A stretch of 42,116 nucleotides of DNA from an uncultured bacterium (lineage in GTDB: Bacteria > Armatimonadota > Zipacnadia > Zipacnadales > VGFC01), in assembly GCA_965602825.1 (NCBI GenBank), contig CBFDAZ010000001.1, forward strand, positions 1 to 42,116. The letters run 5' to 3'. How positions within the stretch are numbered: position 1 is the stretch's first letter; every line of letters starts with the position of its first letter. A program made the position numbers and the translations under genes. Of the stretch, positions 34,004-42,116 are shown piece after piece. The notes below the pieces were generated by a model that saw nothing but the letters and a program-made list of their open reading frames with translations, did not search any database and had not been told where the DNA came from.

Positions 34004-35350
34004 ATGAACGGTACCCGGTTAACGAAGCGCTGGCTGGCCTTGGCTTCGGGCGTGGCCTGTGCCGTGAGCCTCGTGCCGCTTACGGAGGCGGAGGTTACGC
34101 ACGGAGCCGTCAGCATCGCTGCAGCCGAGAATGGCGGGCAAGTCGTCGCCGCCTCGAGTGAGGCTCACGACCGGGGGCGGGTAAAGCCCGAGTGGCGGAA
34201 GGAGAACCTGATTGACGGACTGCGGGTCGAGGGCGAGATGGTGCCCGCCAACTCCTACGGGTGGGCTTCGGTTCGGCCGCCTACGCGGAGGAACCCCGAG
34301 TGGGTGGTAGTTGCGTTCGCCCAGGAGAAACCGCGTCTGGTCGGGGCTGTACAGCTTGATCCCCGGACTCATGACCTGCAGATCATCGGCCGGTGGGTGA
34401 GGAACTTCAAGATCCAGGTGTCGATCACCGCGGAGGATGGCCCGTGGCAGCCGGTTGACAGTTTCGAGTTGATGAACGTTCCGCGGCCGCAGAAGTTCGT
34501 GTTCAGTGCGCCGGTCCGGGCGAAGTACCTCCGCCTGCTGATCACATCCAATCACGGCTCCGACTCGCGAGTGAGCCTGGGGGAGTTTGAGGTCTTCGAG
34601 GCGTTAGTCGGCGAGGACGAGCTAACGCGGATAATCGCCGGCCTGGAGGAGCAGTTTGAGCGTCTGAAGAGGTTCGGGATGGGTCGTGCCAGCCAGACGG
34701 TGGCGCTGGCGACCGAGATCCCGCCGTATGAGGACAGCGTCATCGCCGCCGCGAACGGCGGCCGCGTGGTGCAGTTCTCAAGTGAGGCCGAGGGTGAGGA
34801 TGGGAGGCCGCTGGAGACGTGGCGGGCAGCGAACCTGATTGACGGGCTCATCGCCAGGCCCGACGAGCAGCCCACTCACAAGTCGTTTGGTTGGTCCTCC
34901 AACGCGCCACCGTTGCCGGACCATCCCGAGGTGATCGTGTTCGAGGTGCCCGGGCCCAAGGGCAGCATCATCGATGCGGCCATCGCCGATCCGACGACGA
35001 GGGATCCGTGGGGAATGATGCGGGGCGCGCGCGAGGTGGAGATTGCGGCCTCAGTCGAAACCGCCGACGGACCGTGGAAGGCCCTGGGACGCTGGCAGCT
35101 TCCGCTGGAGCCGGCGCCGCAGCTGTTCCATTTCCCGCCTACCGAAGCCAAGTACGTGCGGCTGATGGTGCTGTCGAACTACGACTCCGATCGCTACGTC
35201 GAGCTGGGCGAATTCGGGGTCTTCCGCCTTTCGGAGAAGATCGATCTTCTCAAGGGTATATCCATGAGATTCGAAAATTGTTTGATCGACCTGAAGAAGT
35301 ACCACGAAGGCGCCTTGGAGCCACCGACAGGGGGGACGGGCACCGAGTAG
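34004..35350 (+). CDS. Secreted protein with two discoidin/F5-8 type C-like (galactose-binding-like) domains, each followed by a helical segment
   Basis: Signal peptide. There are two internally similar halves. The first runs IAAAENGGQVVAASSEA...ENLIDG...YGWAS...AKYLRLLITSNHGSDSRVSLGEFEVFE. The second runs IAAANGGRVVQFSSEA...ANLIDG...FGWSS...AKYVRLMVLSNYDSDRYVELGEFGVFR. Confidence 0.65.
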   Translation: MNGTRLTKRWLALASGVACAVSLVPLTEAEVTHGAVSIAAAENGGQVVAASSEAHDRGRVKPEWRKENLIDGLRVEGEMVPANSYGWASVRPPTRRNPEWVVVAFAQEKPRLVGAVQLDPRTHDLQIIGRWVRNFKIQVSITAEDGPWQPVDSFELMNVPRPQKFVFSAPVRAKYLRLLITSNHGSDSRVSLGEFEVFEALVGEDELTRIIAGLEEQFERLKRFGMGRASQTVALATEIPPYEDSVIAAANGGRVVQFSSEAEGEDGRPLETWRAANLIDGLIARPDEQPTHKSFGWSSNAPPLPDHPEVIVFEVPGPKGSIIDAAIADPTTRDPWGMMRGAREVEIAASVETADGPWKALGRWQLPLEPAPQLFHFPPTEAKYVRLMVLSNYDSDRYVELGEFGVFRLSEKIDLLKGISMRFENCLIDLKKYHEGALEPPTGGTGTE

Positions 35351-35427
35351 TGCGGCTCACGCTGACTGGGCCGCGCATGGCCTTTGAGCCGAGCGGGGGA
35401 GCGCCGTGGCGCCACTTCTTGTGTAGC

Positions 35428-35456
35428 TTGACACCCCAGTGGGCATACTATATAAT
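35428..35456 (+). promoter_or_regulatory. Perfect consensus sigma-70 promoter
   Basis: TTGACA (35428-35433), exactly 17 nt, TATAAT (35451-35456). It lies about 80 nt upstream of the S1-domain gene start. Confidence 0.7.
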
Positions 35457-35537
35457 GCGGCTGCGGCGGGTTCTGCCGTCGTCAAGCACTGTCCTGCATC
35501 CTCAGCCGTGAAGGCTGGCGGGGGGCGTTTACTTCGT

Positions 35538-35942
35538 ATGCCATTGGCGCCCGGCGATGTCGTGGAGGGCAAGGTCGCGAAGCTGGTTCGATTCGGGATT
35601 ATTGTCGAGTTGCCAGAAGGCCGGTCGGGTCTGGTGCACATCTCTGAGATCGCGGACCAGTACGTCAGAGATGTGGCTGATTACTTCGAGGAGGGCGACG
35701 CGGTAAAGGTCAAGGTGCTTGGGACGGACGACAAGGGCCGGCTTCAGCTATCAGCGAAGCAGGCGGAGGCGCGAGAACCTATACGACCGGTCAGTCCGTC
35801 TCCCAGCGGGGGATCGGGGCCAAAGAGGGGTCCAGCGTCTTTTGAGGACCGACTTGCTGCGTTCATGAAGCACAGCGAACAGCGGCTGGTGGAGCTTCGA
35901 AGAAACCGTGGTGCCAAGCGGAAGAAGAGGCGTCGCAAGTGA
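35538..35942 (+). CDS. yabR: S1 RNA-binding domain protein, YabR-like
   Basis: GDVVEGKVAKLVRFGIIVELPEGRSGLVHISEIADQYVRDVADYFEEGDAVKVKVLG is an S1 fold. The tail SFEDRLAAFMKHSEQRLVELRRNRGAKRKKRRRK parallels the B. subtilis YabR tail as I recall it. The longest ORF starts at 35439, inside the promoter, so ATG 35538 is preferred. Confidence 0.8.
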   Translation: MPLAPGDVVEGKVAKLVRFGIIVELPEGRSGLVHISEIADQYVRDVADYFEEGDAVKVKVLGTDDKGRLQLSAKQAEAREPIRPVSPSPSGGSGPKRGPASFEDRLAAFMKHSEQRLVELRRNRGAKRKKRRRK

Positions 35943-36031
35943 ATGCGGCTGACCTCGCGATTAAGGGCTCGGTCGGACTGATAAGGTGACACTCCCGTTC
36001 CCGGACACTGAGTTCCGGCGGGCTCCCCGAG

Positions 36032-36049
36032 GCAAGGCTTGTGCCTTGC
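36032..36049 (+). terminator. Small hairpin downstream of the S1 gene
   Basis: GCAAGGC (36032-36038), loop TTGT, GCCTTGC (36043-36049). No U-tract. Confidence 0.25.
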
Positions 36050-36088
36050 TGCCCGAAGGCCAAAAACGGGAAGAAGGGAGTGTACCGA

Positions 36089-37909
36089 ATGACTACTCGA
36101 TGGGCTATCACTAGATTGGCGCCTCATCGGAATCGCCTATTTGTCATCGTGGCCGTTCTCGTCCTGGGACTGGCTCTGGCTGCACCCACTGCAGCGAAGG
36201 GTGGCAAGGGTAAGGGTGGGGGCGGCGGAGGGTCGAAGAAGGTTGAGTCGTCGAAGAGCGACAACTCCCGGTCCGGCGGGAAGAGTTCTGCGTCGTCTTC
36301 ATCCCCGCGCCGCACCAACTCCTCGTCAGCAGGTCGCTCACGGCGACAGGGGAGTTCATTCCCCGGCAAGAGCTCAAGCTTGAGTGGGGCTTCGCGGGGC
36401 TATGCGACGCCCTTCCCGAGCCGGGGCCGGTCGTCCGGGGGATCGGCGTCCTCCGGGAGCACAACACCCCGACGGGCGCCCACCACCTACAGCCCGCCCA
36501 GTCGGGCGCGGCCGTCCGGCGGCAGGCCCGGCACGGCGGTGCGCAGCCCGTCGACGTCGAGCCGGCCGATGTCGTCCGGGAGTCCAAGCTTCAGCAAGCC
36601 GTTCCCGCGTCGCGACCCCGTCTCTCCGACGCGGACGCGCGAGCCGTCGGTAGGTATCAGAGCACCGTCGTCAGGCGGGTCGCAGCCGGCCAAGGTCAGC
36701 CCATCGGTCGGGGCACCGGGGCGATCGGAGCGAACGCCGCCCACATATTCGAAGCCGTTCCCGCAGCGAAGCGTTGGGGCTACTCAGTCGAAGCCATCGC
36801 CGCAGCGGGATCCGGCTCCGACCATCCGGGGCGGGACGCCCGGAGGGCCTGGCCGATCCCCGGCGGCACTCTCGGAGAAGCGTCCCGACCCGAGCTACGC
36901 CAAGCCCTTCCCGACGCGCGGCCCGACCCAGGGCAGCGAACCTTCGAAGCACCGGGGAGGCGCTGACGTCGCGAGGCCGGACGTCCGACCGGGCCAGCCC
37001 GGTCGTCCACGGTCGTTGCCCGGCACGGACAACATGCCGAAGCCGGCGCCGGCGAGGGACAAGGCGCCTAACCCACCGAGGGGCTACAGCCGGCCCGGCG
37101 GGCAGTACGCACAGCCGTTCCCGCACAAGGGCGACATCTCGGGCCCGTCCAGGAACTGGCGGCCGCCACGCGGCAGCCCGCCGAGGGTCAGTCGCCGGAC
37201 GTGGGACGGCCGGCCGCGGCGCCACCGGTTCCGCTACCATCATTACTACTACCGGGCCGTGCCCCGCTACAACTATGTCTACGGCGGCTGGGGTCCGGAT
37301 TGGTACGACCCGTGGTGGCATGGGAACTACTGGTGGCCGAGAAGCGGCCGGCACGTGCATCACACGTACCACTACTACCACTACTACGAGGACCTGACGC
37401 CACGGGACCGGACGCCGTACTATGAGAGCGCACCGTGGATGGAGTCGGCACTCCACACCGCGCTGGCCGACATCGCGATCGCGTGGACGACGGGGGACAT
37501 TGAGTTGCTCCAGGCGCACCTGACCCCCGGCGCTGCGGTTGCCGTGCGGCACGATTGGGAGCAGCGCGAGCCCTGGGTTCTGGCGGCCCCGGTCCTGCTG
37601 GACATTCTGCTGGAGGCCATTGACGCGCAGGTTGACAGCGAGTTCAGATTCGTCCAGATCGAGGAGATAGAGCCGGGTCTGGTGTGGGCGGTAGGGGAGC
37701 ATTCCTTCCGTCTCGAGGGCGAACAGCGCGAGCAGGCGACGCTGGAGTACATGTTCCGAGAGCACGAAGATGCGTGGCTTGTGGAGGCGATCACCGCGAG
37801 GCCGGAGAATTACTGGTGGCTCGATGGGGATCTCCTCGATGATGCTGCTCGCGAAAGCGCGAGACTGCTCCAGGAGATGGACCGGACAGAGGTTTGGGGA
37901 CCGGGGTAG
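36089..37909 (+). CDS. Anchored or secreted protein with three parts: a disordered S/P/R/G-rich region of about 330 aa carrying repeated PFP motifs, a Tyr/His/Trp-rich segment, and a C-terminal NTF2/SnoaL-like domain
   Basis: AAGGGAG lies 8 nt upstream of ATG 36089. Hydrophobic segment LFVIVAVLVLGLALAAP. There are five copies of [YF][AS]xPFPx[RK]. The aromatic segment is HRFRYHHYYYRAVPRYNYVYGGWGPDWYDPWWHGNYWWP...HHTYHYYHYYE. The C-terminal 150 aa look like an alpha+beta cone fold, called by eye only. Confidence 0.65.
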   Translation: MTTRWAITRLAPHRNRLFVIVAVLVLGLALAAPTAAKGGKGKGGGGGGSKKVESSKSDNSRSGGKSSASSSSPRRTNSSSAGRSRRQGSSFPGKSSSLSGASRGYATPFPSRGRSSGGSASSGSTTPRRAPTTYSPPSRARPSGGRPGTAVRSPSTSSRPMSSGSPSFSKPFPRRDPVSPTRTREPSVGIRAPSSGGSQPAKVSPSVGAPGRSERTPPTYSKPFPQRSVGATQSKPSPQRDPAPTIRGGTPGGPGRSPAALSEKRPDPSYAKPFPTRGPTQGSEPSKHRGGADVARPDVRPGQPGRPRSLPGTDNMPKPAPARDKAPNPPRGYSRPGGQYAQPFPHKGDISGPSRNWRPPRGSPPRVSRRTWDGRPRRHRFRYHHYYYRAVPRYNYVYGGWGPDWYDPWWHGNYWWPRSGRHVHHTYHYYHYYEDLTPRDRTPYYESAPWMESALHTALADIAIAWTTGDIELLQAHLTPGAAVAVRHDWEQREPWVLAAPVLLDILLEAIDAQVDSEFRFVQIEEIEPGLVWAVGEHSFRLEGEQREQATLEYMFREHEDAWLVEAITARPENYWWLDGDLLDDAARESARLLQEMDRTEVWGPG

Positions 37910-38001
37910 CATGACCGCTGCACGAGGCACGCCCCGCTCGTGCCGCGGCTTCGACCTACACCCCACCCAGTCCCAGCGAGTGACGAGCGAGAAGCATTGA
38001 A

Positions 38002-38045
38002 CTTCCCGGCCCGAGGCGGCTCAGGCAGGTGCCTCGGGCCGGAAG
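38002..38045 (+). other. Long GC-rich hairpin in the intergenic region upstream of the histidine kinase gene
   Basis: CTTCCCGGCCCGAGGC (38002-38017) pairs with GCCTCGGGCCGGAAG (38031-38045), giving about 15 bp with one bulge and a 13-nt loop. It could terminate the upstream gene or regulate the kinase gene. Confidence 0.35.
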
Positions 38046-38133
38046 ACCGACAAGCAGTCGCAGTAGCGGCCGCTGCTGGGCGCGACGCGTTGAGCGACGC
38101 GCCGATGCGACTGTGGGAGGCCGATTCGGCGCT

Positions 38134-39876
38134 ATGTCAGACGACACGAAGCAGCCGGCGGACAGCGACATGCCCAGCGACATGCGCAAGGACCTGGAGC
38201 GTTACAAGATCGTGGTGGCGGAACTCCAGCGCAAGATCAAGGCGATGGAGGCTCAGTTGAGCACCGCCACCACGATGGCGGAGATGCCGCAGGTCATTGT
38301 GACCAAGCCGAAACTGCATGAGACGCTCCAGCGCTTCGTCCGCAAGGTGGCGATGATCAGCCAGGCCGAGAAGTGCGTGATCATGCTGTACTCGCCCGAG
38401 GACGGCGAGTTGACGGTTCTCCCGCCGGCGTTGGGTTTGACTGCGGAGCAGGCCAAGTTTTTCCGCGTGAAGGCCACTCAGGGGGTCACGGGTCTCGTCT
38501 TCCGCGAGGGCTCGGCCAGGGTGTTCAACGATGCGGTCCGGGACGAGCGCACAATAAAGGACTACGTGGCTTTCCTGAGCGTGCGTAACGGTGTGTGTGT
38601 GCCGCTCATCGTGAAGAAGCGAGACGAGGAGGACCAGATCGTCGAGCAACGCACGATCGGCGTGATGCACGTCTTCAACAAGCGCTTCGGCCAGGAGTTC
38701 AACGAAGAGGACATGCGCTTGCTGTCGATGTTAGGGGAGCAGGGCGGGTCGATCATCTCGAACGCGCAGCTGTACATCAAGCTGAGCGAGGAGAAGGGGG
38801 AGCTCGAGGACACGCTTCAGAGCCTGAAGGTGGCGGTGATCGCCGTCACTCGCGAGGGGGAGGTGCGGCTGCTCAACGAGGCCGCGGCGAGCATTCTCAG
38901 CCGGGATCCGGCCGATGTGATGGGCAAGCCATATGCGGAGGCCATCGAGGAGGGGGGGATCACCGGGCTCCTGCGGGAGGCGCTTCAGGCCGAGGAGGAG
39001 ATCGCGCGGGAGATTTCGTTGGGTGACAGCAACGACCCCCGCATCTACCAGGCCCAGGCCTCGCTGATGCGCAACGACAACGGGAATCTGCAGAACGTCG
39101 TCGCCATCTTCAACGACATCACCGAGATCCGGAATGTCGAGCGCATGAAGACGGCCTTCGTATCGACCGTCTCCCATGAGCTTCGCACGCCCCTAACGTC
39201 GATCAAGGGCTTCGTGGCCACGCTGCTGGAGGACGAGGAGGGGTACTTCGACGAGGAGACGCGTCGCGAGTTCTATCAGATCATCGACCAGCAGTGCGAC
39301 CGCCTGACCCGCTTGATCAGCGATCTGCTGAACATCTCGCGCATCGAGTCGGGGCGCTCGCTAGACCTGCACCTGGCCGCCGTGAACGTGCGCGAGGTAT
39401 GCCAGAGGATCATCTCTGCGCAGCAGTCTTACAGCGATAAGCACAGCCTGGTGCTGGAGATGCCTGATGAGTTCCCCGAGATCGTGTGTGACCAGGACAA
39501 GCTGGAACAGCTCCTGGATAACCTGCTCGGCAACGCGATCAAGTACTCGCCTGAGGGCGGCGAGATCAAGGTCCTGGGTGAGGAAGAGGCGGACTCCATT
39601 CGACTGGATGTGATCGACCACGGCCTCGGTGTTCCCGACCGCCATCGCGAGCGGATCTTCGAGCGGTTCCACATGGTTGACGACGACGTTGACCACCGAT
39701 CCGTCAAGGGCACAGGCATCGGTCTATACCTGGTGAGAGCGCTGGCGCAGGCTCACCAGGCGGCGGACGGGGAGAAGGGGAACGTCTGGTTGGCGGATAG
39801 TGCCGTAGACGAGGGATCCACGTTCAGCGTCCGCTTACCCAAGCAGTCAGTAGAGGAATCCCGGGCACGCACGTGA
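38134..39876 (+). CDS. Cytoplasmic sensor histidine kinase (coiled coil, GAF, PAS, HisKA, HATPase_c)
   Basis: H-box FVSTVSHELRTPLTSIKGF, N-box LLDNLLGNAIKYSPEGG, G-boxes DHGLGVP and GTGIGLYLV. No TM segment. Upstream regions are GAF-like (VIMLYSPEDGEL..., GVMHVFNK) and PAS-like (VIAVTREGEVRLLNEAA). Start set at ATG 38134; the longest ORF starts at 38029. Confidence 0.85.
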   Translation: MSDDTKQPADSDMPSDMRKDLERYKIVVAELQRKIKAMEAQLSTATTMAEMPQVIVTKPKLHETLQRFVRKVAMISQAEKCVIMLYSPEDGELTVLPPALGLTAEQAKFFRVKATQGVTGLVFREGSARVFNDAVRDERTIKDYVAFLSVRNGVCVPLIVKKRDEEDQIVEQRTIGVMHVFNKRFGQEFNEEDMRLLSMLGEQGGSIISNAQLYIKLSEEKGELEDTLQSLKVAVIAVTREGEVRLLNEAAASILSRDPADVMGKPYAEAIEEGGITGLLREALQAEEEIAREISLGDSNDPRIYQAQASLMRNDNGNLQNVVAIFNDITEIRNVERMKTAFVSTVSHELRTPLTSIKGFVATLLEDEEGYFDEETRREFYQIIDQQCDRLTRLISDLLNISRIESGRSLDLHLAAVNVREVCQRIISAQQSYSDKHSLVLEMPDEFPEIVCDQDKLEQLLDNLLGNAIKYSPEGGEIKVLGEEEADSIRLDVIDHGLGVPDRHRERIFERFHMVDDDVDHRSVKGTGIGLYLVRALAQAHQAADGEKGNVWLADSAVDEGSTFSVRLPKQSVEESRART

Positions 39877-39914
39877 CGGTTCACGGGCCGATGCCGCGGA
39901 GGTGCGAACAGATG

Positions 39915-39937
39915 CGCGCGGGCCTTGTGCCCGCGCG
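39915..39937 (+). terminator. Hairpin terminator candidate after the histidine kinase gene
   Basis: CGCGCGGGC (39915-39923) pairs with GCCCGCGCG (39929-39937): a 9-bp stem and 5-nt loop, followed by the T-containing run ATGTGGTGTTGG. Confidence 0.5.
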
Positions 39938-39994
39938 ATGTGGTGTTGGCCTGTGGGGCGCGGCTCGATGCGCAACGGGTGAGGGAGTGAGATC

Positions 39995-40447
39995 ATGCGA
40001 GTAGCATTCGGGTGTGATCATGGGGGGTGGCCTCTGCGCGAAACGGTTCTCGAGACGCTGCGCGAGGACAATCACGACGTGCTGGACCTGGGGGCGGCGT
40101 CGCCGGAGAGCAGCGATCACCCGGATTTCGCGGCGGCGGTTGCGCGGACAGTGGTGGCCGGGGAAGCCGAGATGGGGGTGCTGGTGTGCGGAACTGGGGT
40201 GGGGATGGCGATTGCCGCCAACAAGGTCCGGGGCGCGTACGCTGCGAACGTGTCCGAGACGTACTCCGCAGGGATGGCGCGGCTGCACAACGGAGCGAAC
40301 ATCGTCACTCTGGGCGGACGCACGATTGGCCCGGAGCTGGCTCGAGACCTCGTTCGTGCGTTCCTGGCGGGTGCTGTGGACCCCGGGGAGCGCTACGAGC
40401 GGCGGCGCGGGAAGATCAAAGCTCTCGAACAGGCTGAGCCGAGATGA
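39995..40447 (+). CDS. rpiB: Ribose-5-phosphate isomerase B (RpiB/LacAB family)
   Basis: [11 protein letters not shown]..., [23 protein letters not shown] and [18 protein letters not shown] are canonical RpiB motifs. Confidence 0.9.
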   Translation: MRVAFGCDHGGWPLRETVLETLREDNHDVLDLGAASPESSDHPDFAAAVARTVVAGEAEMGVLVCGTGVGMAIAANKVRGAYAANVSETYSAGMARLHNGANIVTLGGRTIGPELARDLVRAFLAGAVDPGERYERRRGKIKALEQAEPR

Positions 40448-40941
40448 GCAGCGACAAGCCACCTCCGGGTGCGGACCGGCCGTCATGGGACGAGTACTTC
40501 CTGGGCATCTGCGAGTTCGTGGCCCGGCGCTCGACATGTCTTCGGCGGCAGGTCGGGGCTATCCTGGTCCGGGACAAGCGCATCCTCACGACAGGCTACA
40601 ACGGCGCCCCGCGGGGTCTGAAGCATTGCATTGAGCTAGGGGGATGCCAGCGAGAGCGGATGGGCGTGCCGTCGGGGCAGCGTCACGAGTTGTGTCGCGG
40701 GCTCCACGCCGAGCAGAACGCGATCATCCAGGCGGCTTTGCACGGGGTGCAGGTGACGGGGGCCACGATGTACATCACCACCCAGCCCTGCGTTCTGTGC
40801 GCCAAGATGCTCATCAATGCAGCCATCGAACGGGTCGTCTACAAGGGCGACTATCCCGATGAGCTGGCCATGGAGATGCTGGAAGAGGCGGGTATTGAGG
40901 TGGAACGGTGGGGAGGCAGTGAGGAGGCGCCAGACGCGTGA
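40444..40941 (+). CDS. comEB: dCMP deaminase (ComEB/deoxycytidylate deaminase family)
   Basis: [28 protein letters not shown], zinc motifs HAEQNAI and [12 protein letters not shown]. The ATG overlaps the rpiB stop (ATGA). Confidence 0.88.
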   Translation: MSSDKPPPGADRPSWDEYFLGICEFVARRSTCLRRQVGAILVRDKRILTTGYNGAPRGLKHCIELGGCQRERMGVPSGQRHELCRGLHAEQNAIIQAALHGVQVTGATMYITTQPCVLCAKMLINAAIERVVYKGDYPDELAMEMLEEAGIEVERWGGSEEAPDA

Positions 40942-41888
40942 GGCTGATTGCTGCACCCATTGCGGCAGTTGTGGTGGCTGTGATCCTGACGCCGCTGGTT
41001 GGTCGATTGGCGGAGCGTTACGGGGCGGTCGATCATCCGGACGAGCGTCATGCGCACGCGCGATCCACACCCACGTGCGGTGGCATCGCGATCTTCGCGG
41101 CTTTCTGGGTGACTCTGTTGGTGCTTGGCCACCCGCTTAGCCGGAGCGGGATCGCTCTTCTCATCGCGTCTTCGGTATTGCTGGTGATCTCGGTCGCCGA
41201 CGACGTGCGTGGCCTGTCGCCCGTCCTGCGGCTCGCCGGGCAGGTTGCGCTGGCGGGTGGGTTGTGGTGGCTGGGAGACGTGCGGGTTGCGGGCGTGACG
41301 ATACCGTGGGGCGCCGATGGGCCCCACTACTGGCATTTTGGGGCCTGGTCGCTGCTGCCTACCGTTGCGTGGATCGTACTCATCATCAACGCGCTCAACT
41401 GGCTGGACGGGCTCGACGGCCTGGCGGCGGGGGTCGCGGCGATTGCCGCGACGACGTTGGCTGTCGTTGCCCGGGGCATGGGGGGGACCGAGGTCAGCAT
41501 CATGGGGGCTGCGCTGGCCGGTGCCACGTTGGGTTTTCTGGGCTACAACGTCAAGCCCGCGCGCATCTTCATGGGCGATGCGGGGGCGATGTTCCTGGGG
41601 CTCGTCCTGGCGTGCACGGCCGTCACGGGGACGCTGAAGACCACCACCACGGTGACGGTGATGGGCGCCGTGGTTCTCGTTCTGGGAGTGCCCATCTATG
41701 ATGTCGTGTCCACCAGCCTAAGGCGCCTTTGGGGTGGGAAACCGGTCCACATCGCGGACCGACAGCACGTTCACCACCGGCTGCTGGGTCGCGGTTGGAG
41801 CGAGGGCAAGGTCGTGATCGTGCTCTGGGTTGTTGCGGGGCTGTTCAGCTTGTTGGCGCTCTACCTGGCATCGCGCGGGGCTGCCTGA
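40938..41888 (+). CDS. Glycosyltransferase family 4: polyprenyl-phosphate N-acetylhexosamine-1-phosphate transferase (WecA/TagO/MraY-like)
   Basis: About 10 TM spans. Motifs are [37 protein letters not shown] and [11 protein letters not shown]. The GTG start overlaps the previous stop (GTGA). Confidence 0.85.
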   Translation: MRLIAAPIAAVVVAVILTPLVGRLAERYGAVDHPDERHAHARSTPTCGGIAIFAAFWVTLLVLGHPLSRSGIALLIASSVLLVISVADDVRGLSPVLRLAGQVALAGGLWWLGDVRVAGVTIPWGADGPHYWHFGAWSLLPTVAWIVLIINALNWLDGLDGLAAGVAAIAATTLAVVARGMGGTEVSIMGAALAGATLGFLGYNVKPARIFMGDAGAMFLGLVLACTAVTGTLKTTTTVTVMGAVVLVLGVPIYDVVSTSLRRLWGGKPVHIADRQHVHHRLLGRGWSEGKVVIVLWVVAGLFSLLALYLASRGAA

Positions 41889-41923
41889 GCCGCGGCTGCG
41901 GCGCTCATCGGAGCCAAACCTCG

Positions 41924-42116
41924 ATGGAGTCGGTCAGATCAATTGCTCTGGTCCTGGGAACGCGCCCGGAGGCGATCAAGCTCGGGCCGGTGTACCGCGT
42001 GCTGCAGTCAGATAGTGCCAGCGCGCACTTTCGGCCGGTGGTGATCGTCACCGGACAGCATCGGCAGCTAGTGGACCAGATGCTCCCGATATTCGGCATG
42101 AAGGCCGCCCGGGATC
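41924..42116 (+). CDS. wecB: UDP-N-acetylglucosamine 2-epimerase, N-terminal part; the 3' end lies outside the window
   Basis: My own translation from ATG 41924 is MESVRSIALVLGTRPEAIKLGPVYRVLQSD...RPVVIVTGQHRQLVDQMLPIFGMKAARD. This carries the canonical WecB/MnaA N-terminus (GTRPE.IK..P, TGQH..L). The frame is open to the window end and is absent from the ORF track. Confidence 0.85.
   Translation, partial: MESVRSIALVLGTRPEAIKLGPVYRVLQSDSASAHFRPVVIVTGQHRQLVDQMLPIFGMKAARD

Noticed and set aside
1-42116. CRISPR arrays, rRNA genes, or short interspersed (REP-like) repeats
   Set aside because: I saw no regularly spaced short direct repeats with unique spacers, no rRNA-like conserved stretches, and no hairpin sequence recurring in several intergenic regions.

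Overview
This is a densely coding, high-GC bacterial chromosomal segment. Hand counts on single 60-nt lines give about 65-73% GC in typical genes. I found no rRNA, tRNA, CRISPR array, transposase or integrase.

Most genes concern the cell envelope:
- a zinc-ribbon/RDD/signal-peptidase-I fusion
- a tamB / ECF-sigma / bamA block
- a SPOR protein
- a multi-SLBB polysaccharide export protein
- an FhaA-FhaB-SEDS-PBP-PASTA kinase operon
- a GT4 (WecA/TagO) plus wecB pair

Housekeeping genes are also present: cysK (partial), selA, tatD, lipA, rpiB, a dCMP deaminase and a yabR-like S1 protein.

The only clearly accessory stretch is about 18.87-25.6 kb. It holds four things:
- a diverged direct repeat of about 0.53 kb whose first copy is a truncated paralog pair
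- a reversed gene built of 465-bp tandem CBM-like units, cut off at the repeat boundary
- a lower-GC gene for a secreted Cys-rich protein (about 50-53% GC in sampled lines)
- a 1001-aa anchored HEAT/TPR protein

The secreted-protein/HEAT-TPR pair and a disordered PFP-motif protein at 36.1-37.9 kb are the best candidates for undescribed biology. I recognise no known defence, toxin or mobile system here. All domain calls come from reading the translations by eye; no database search was run.
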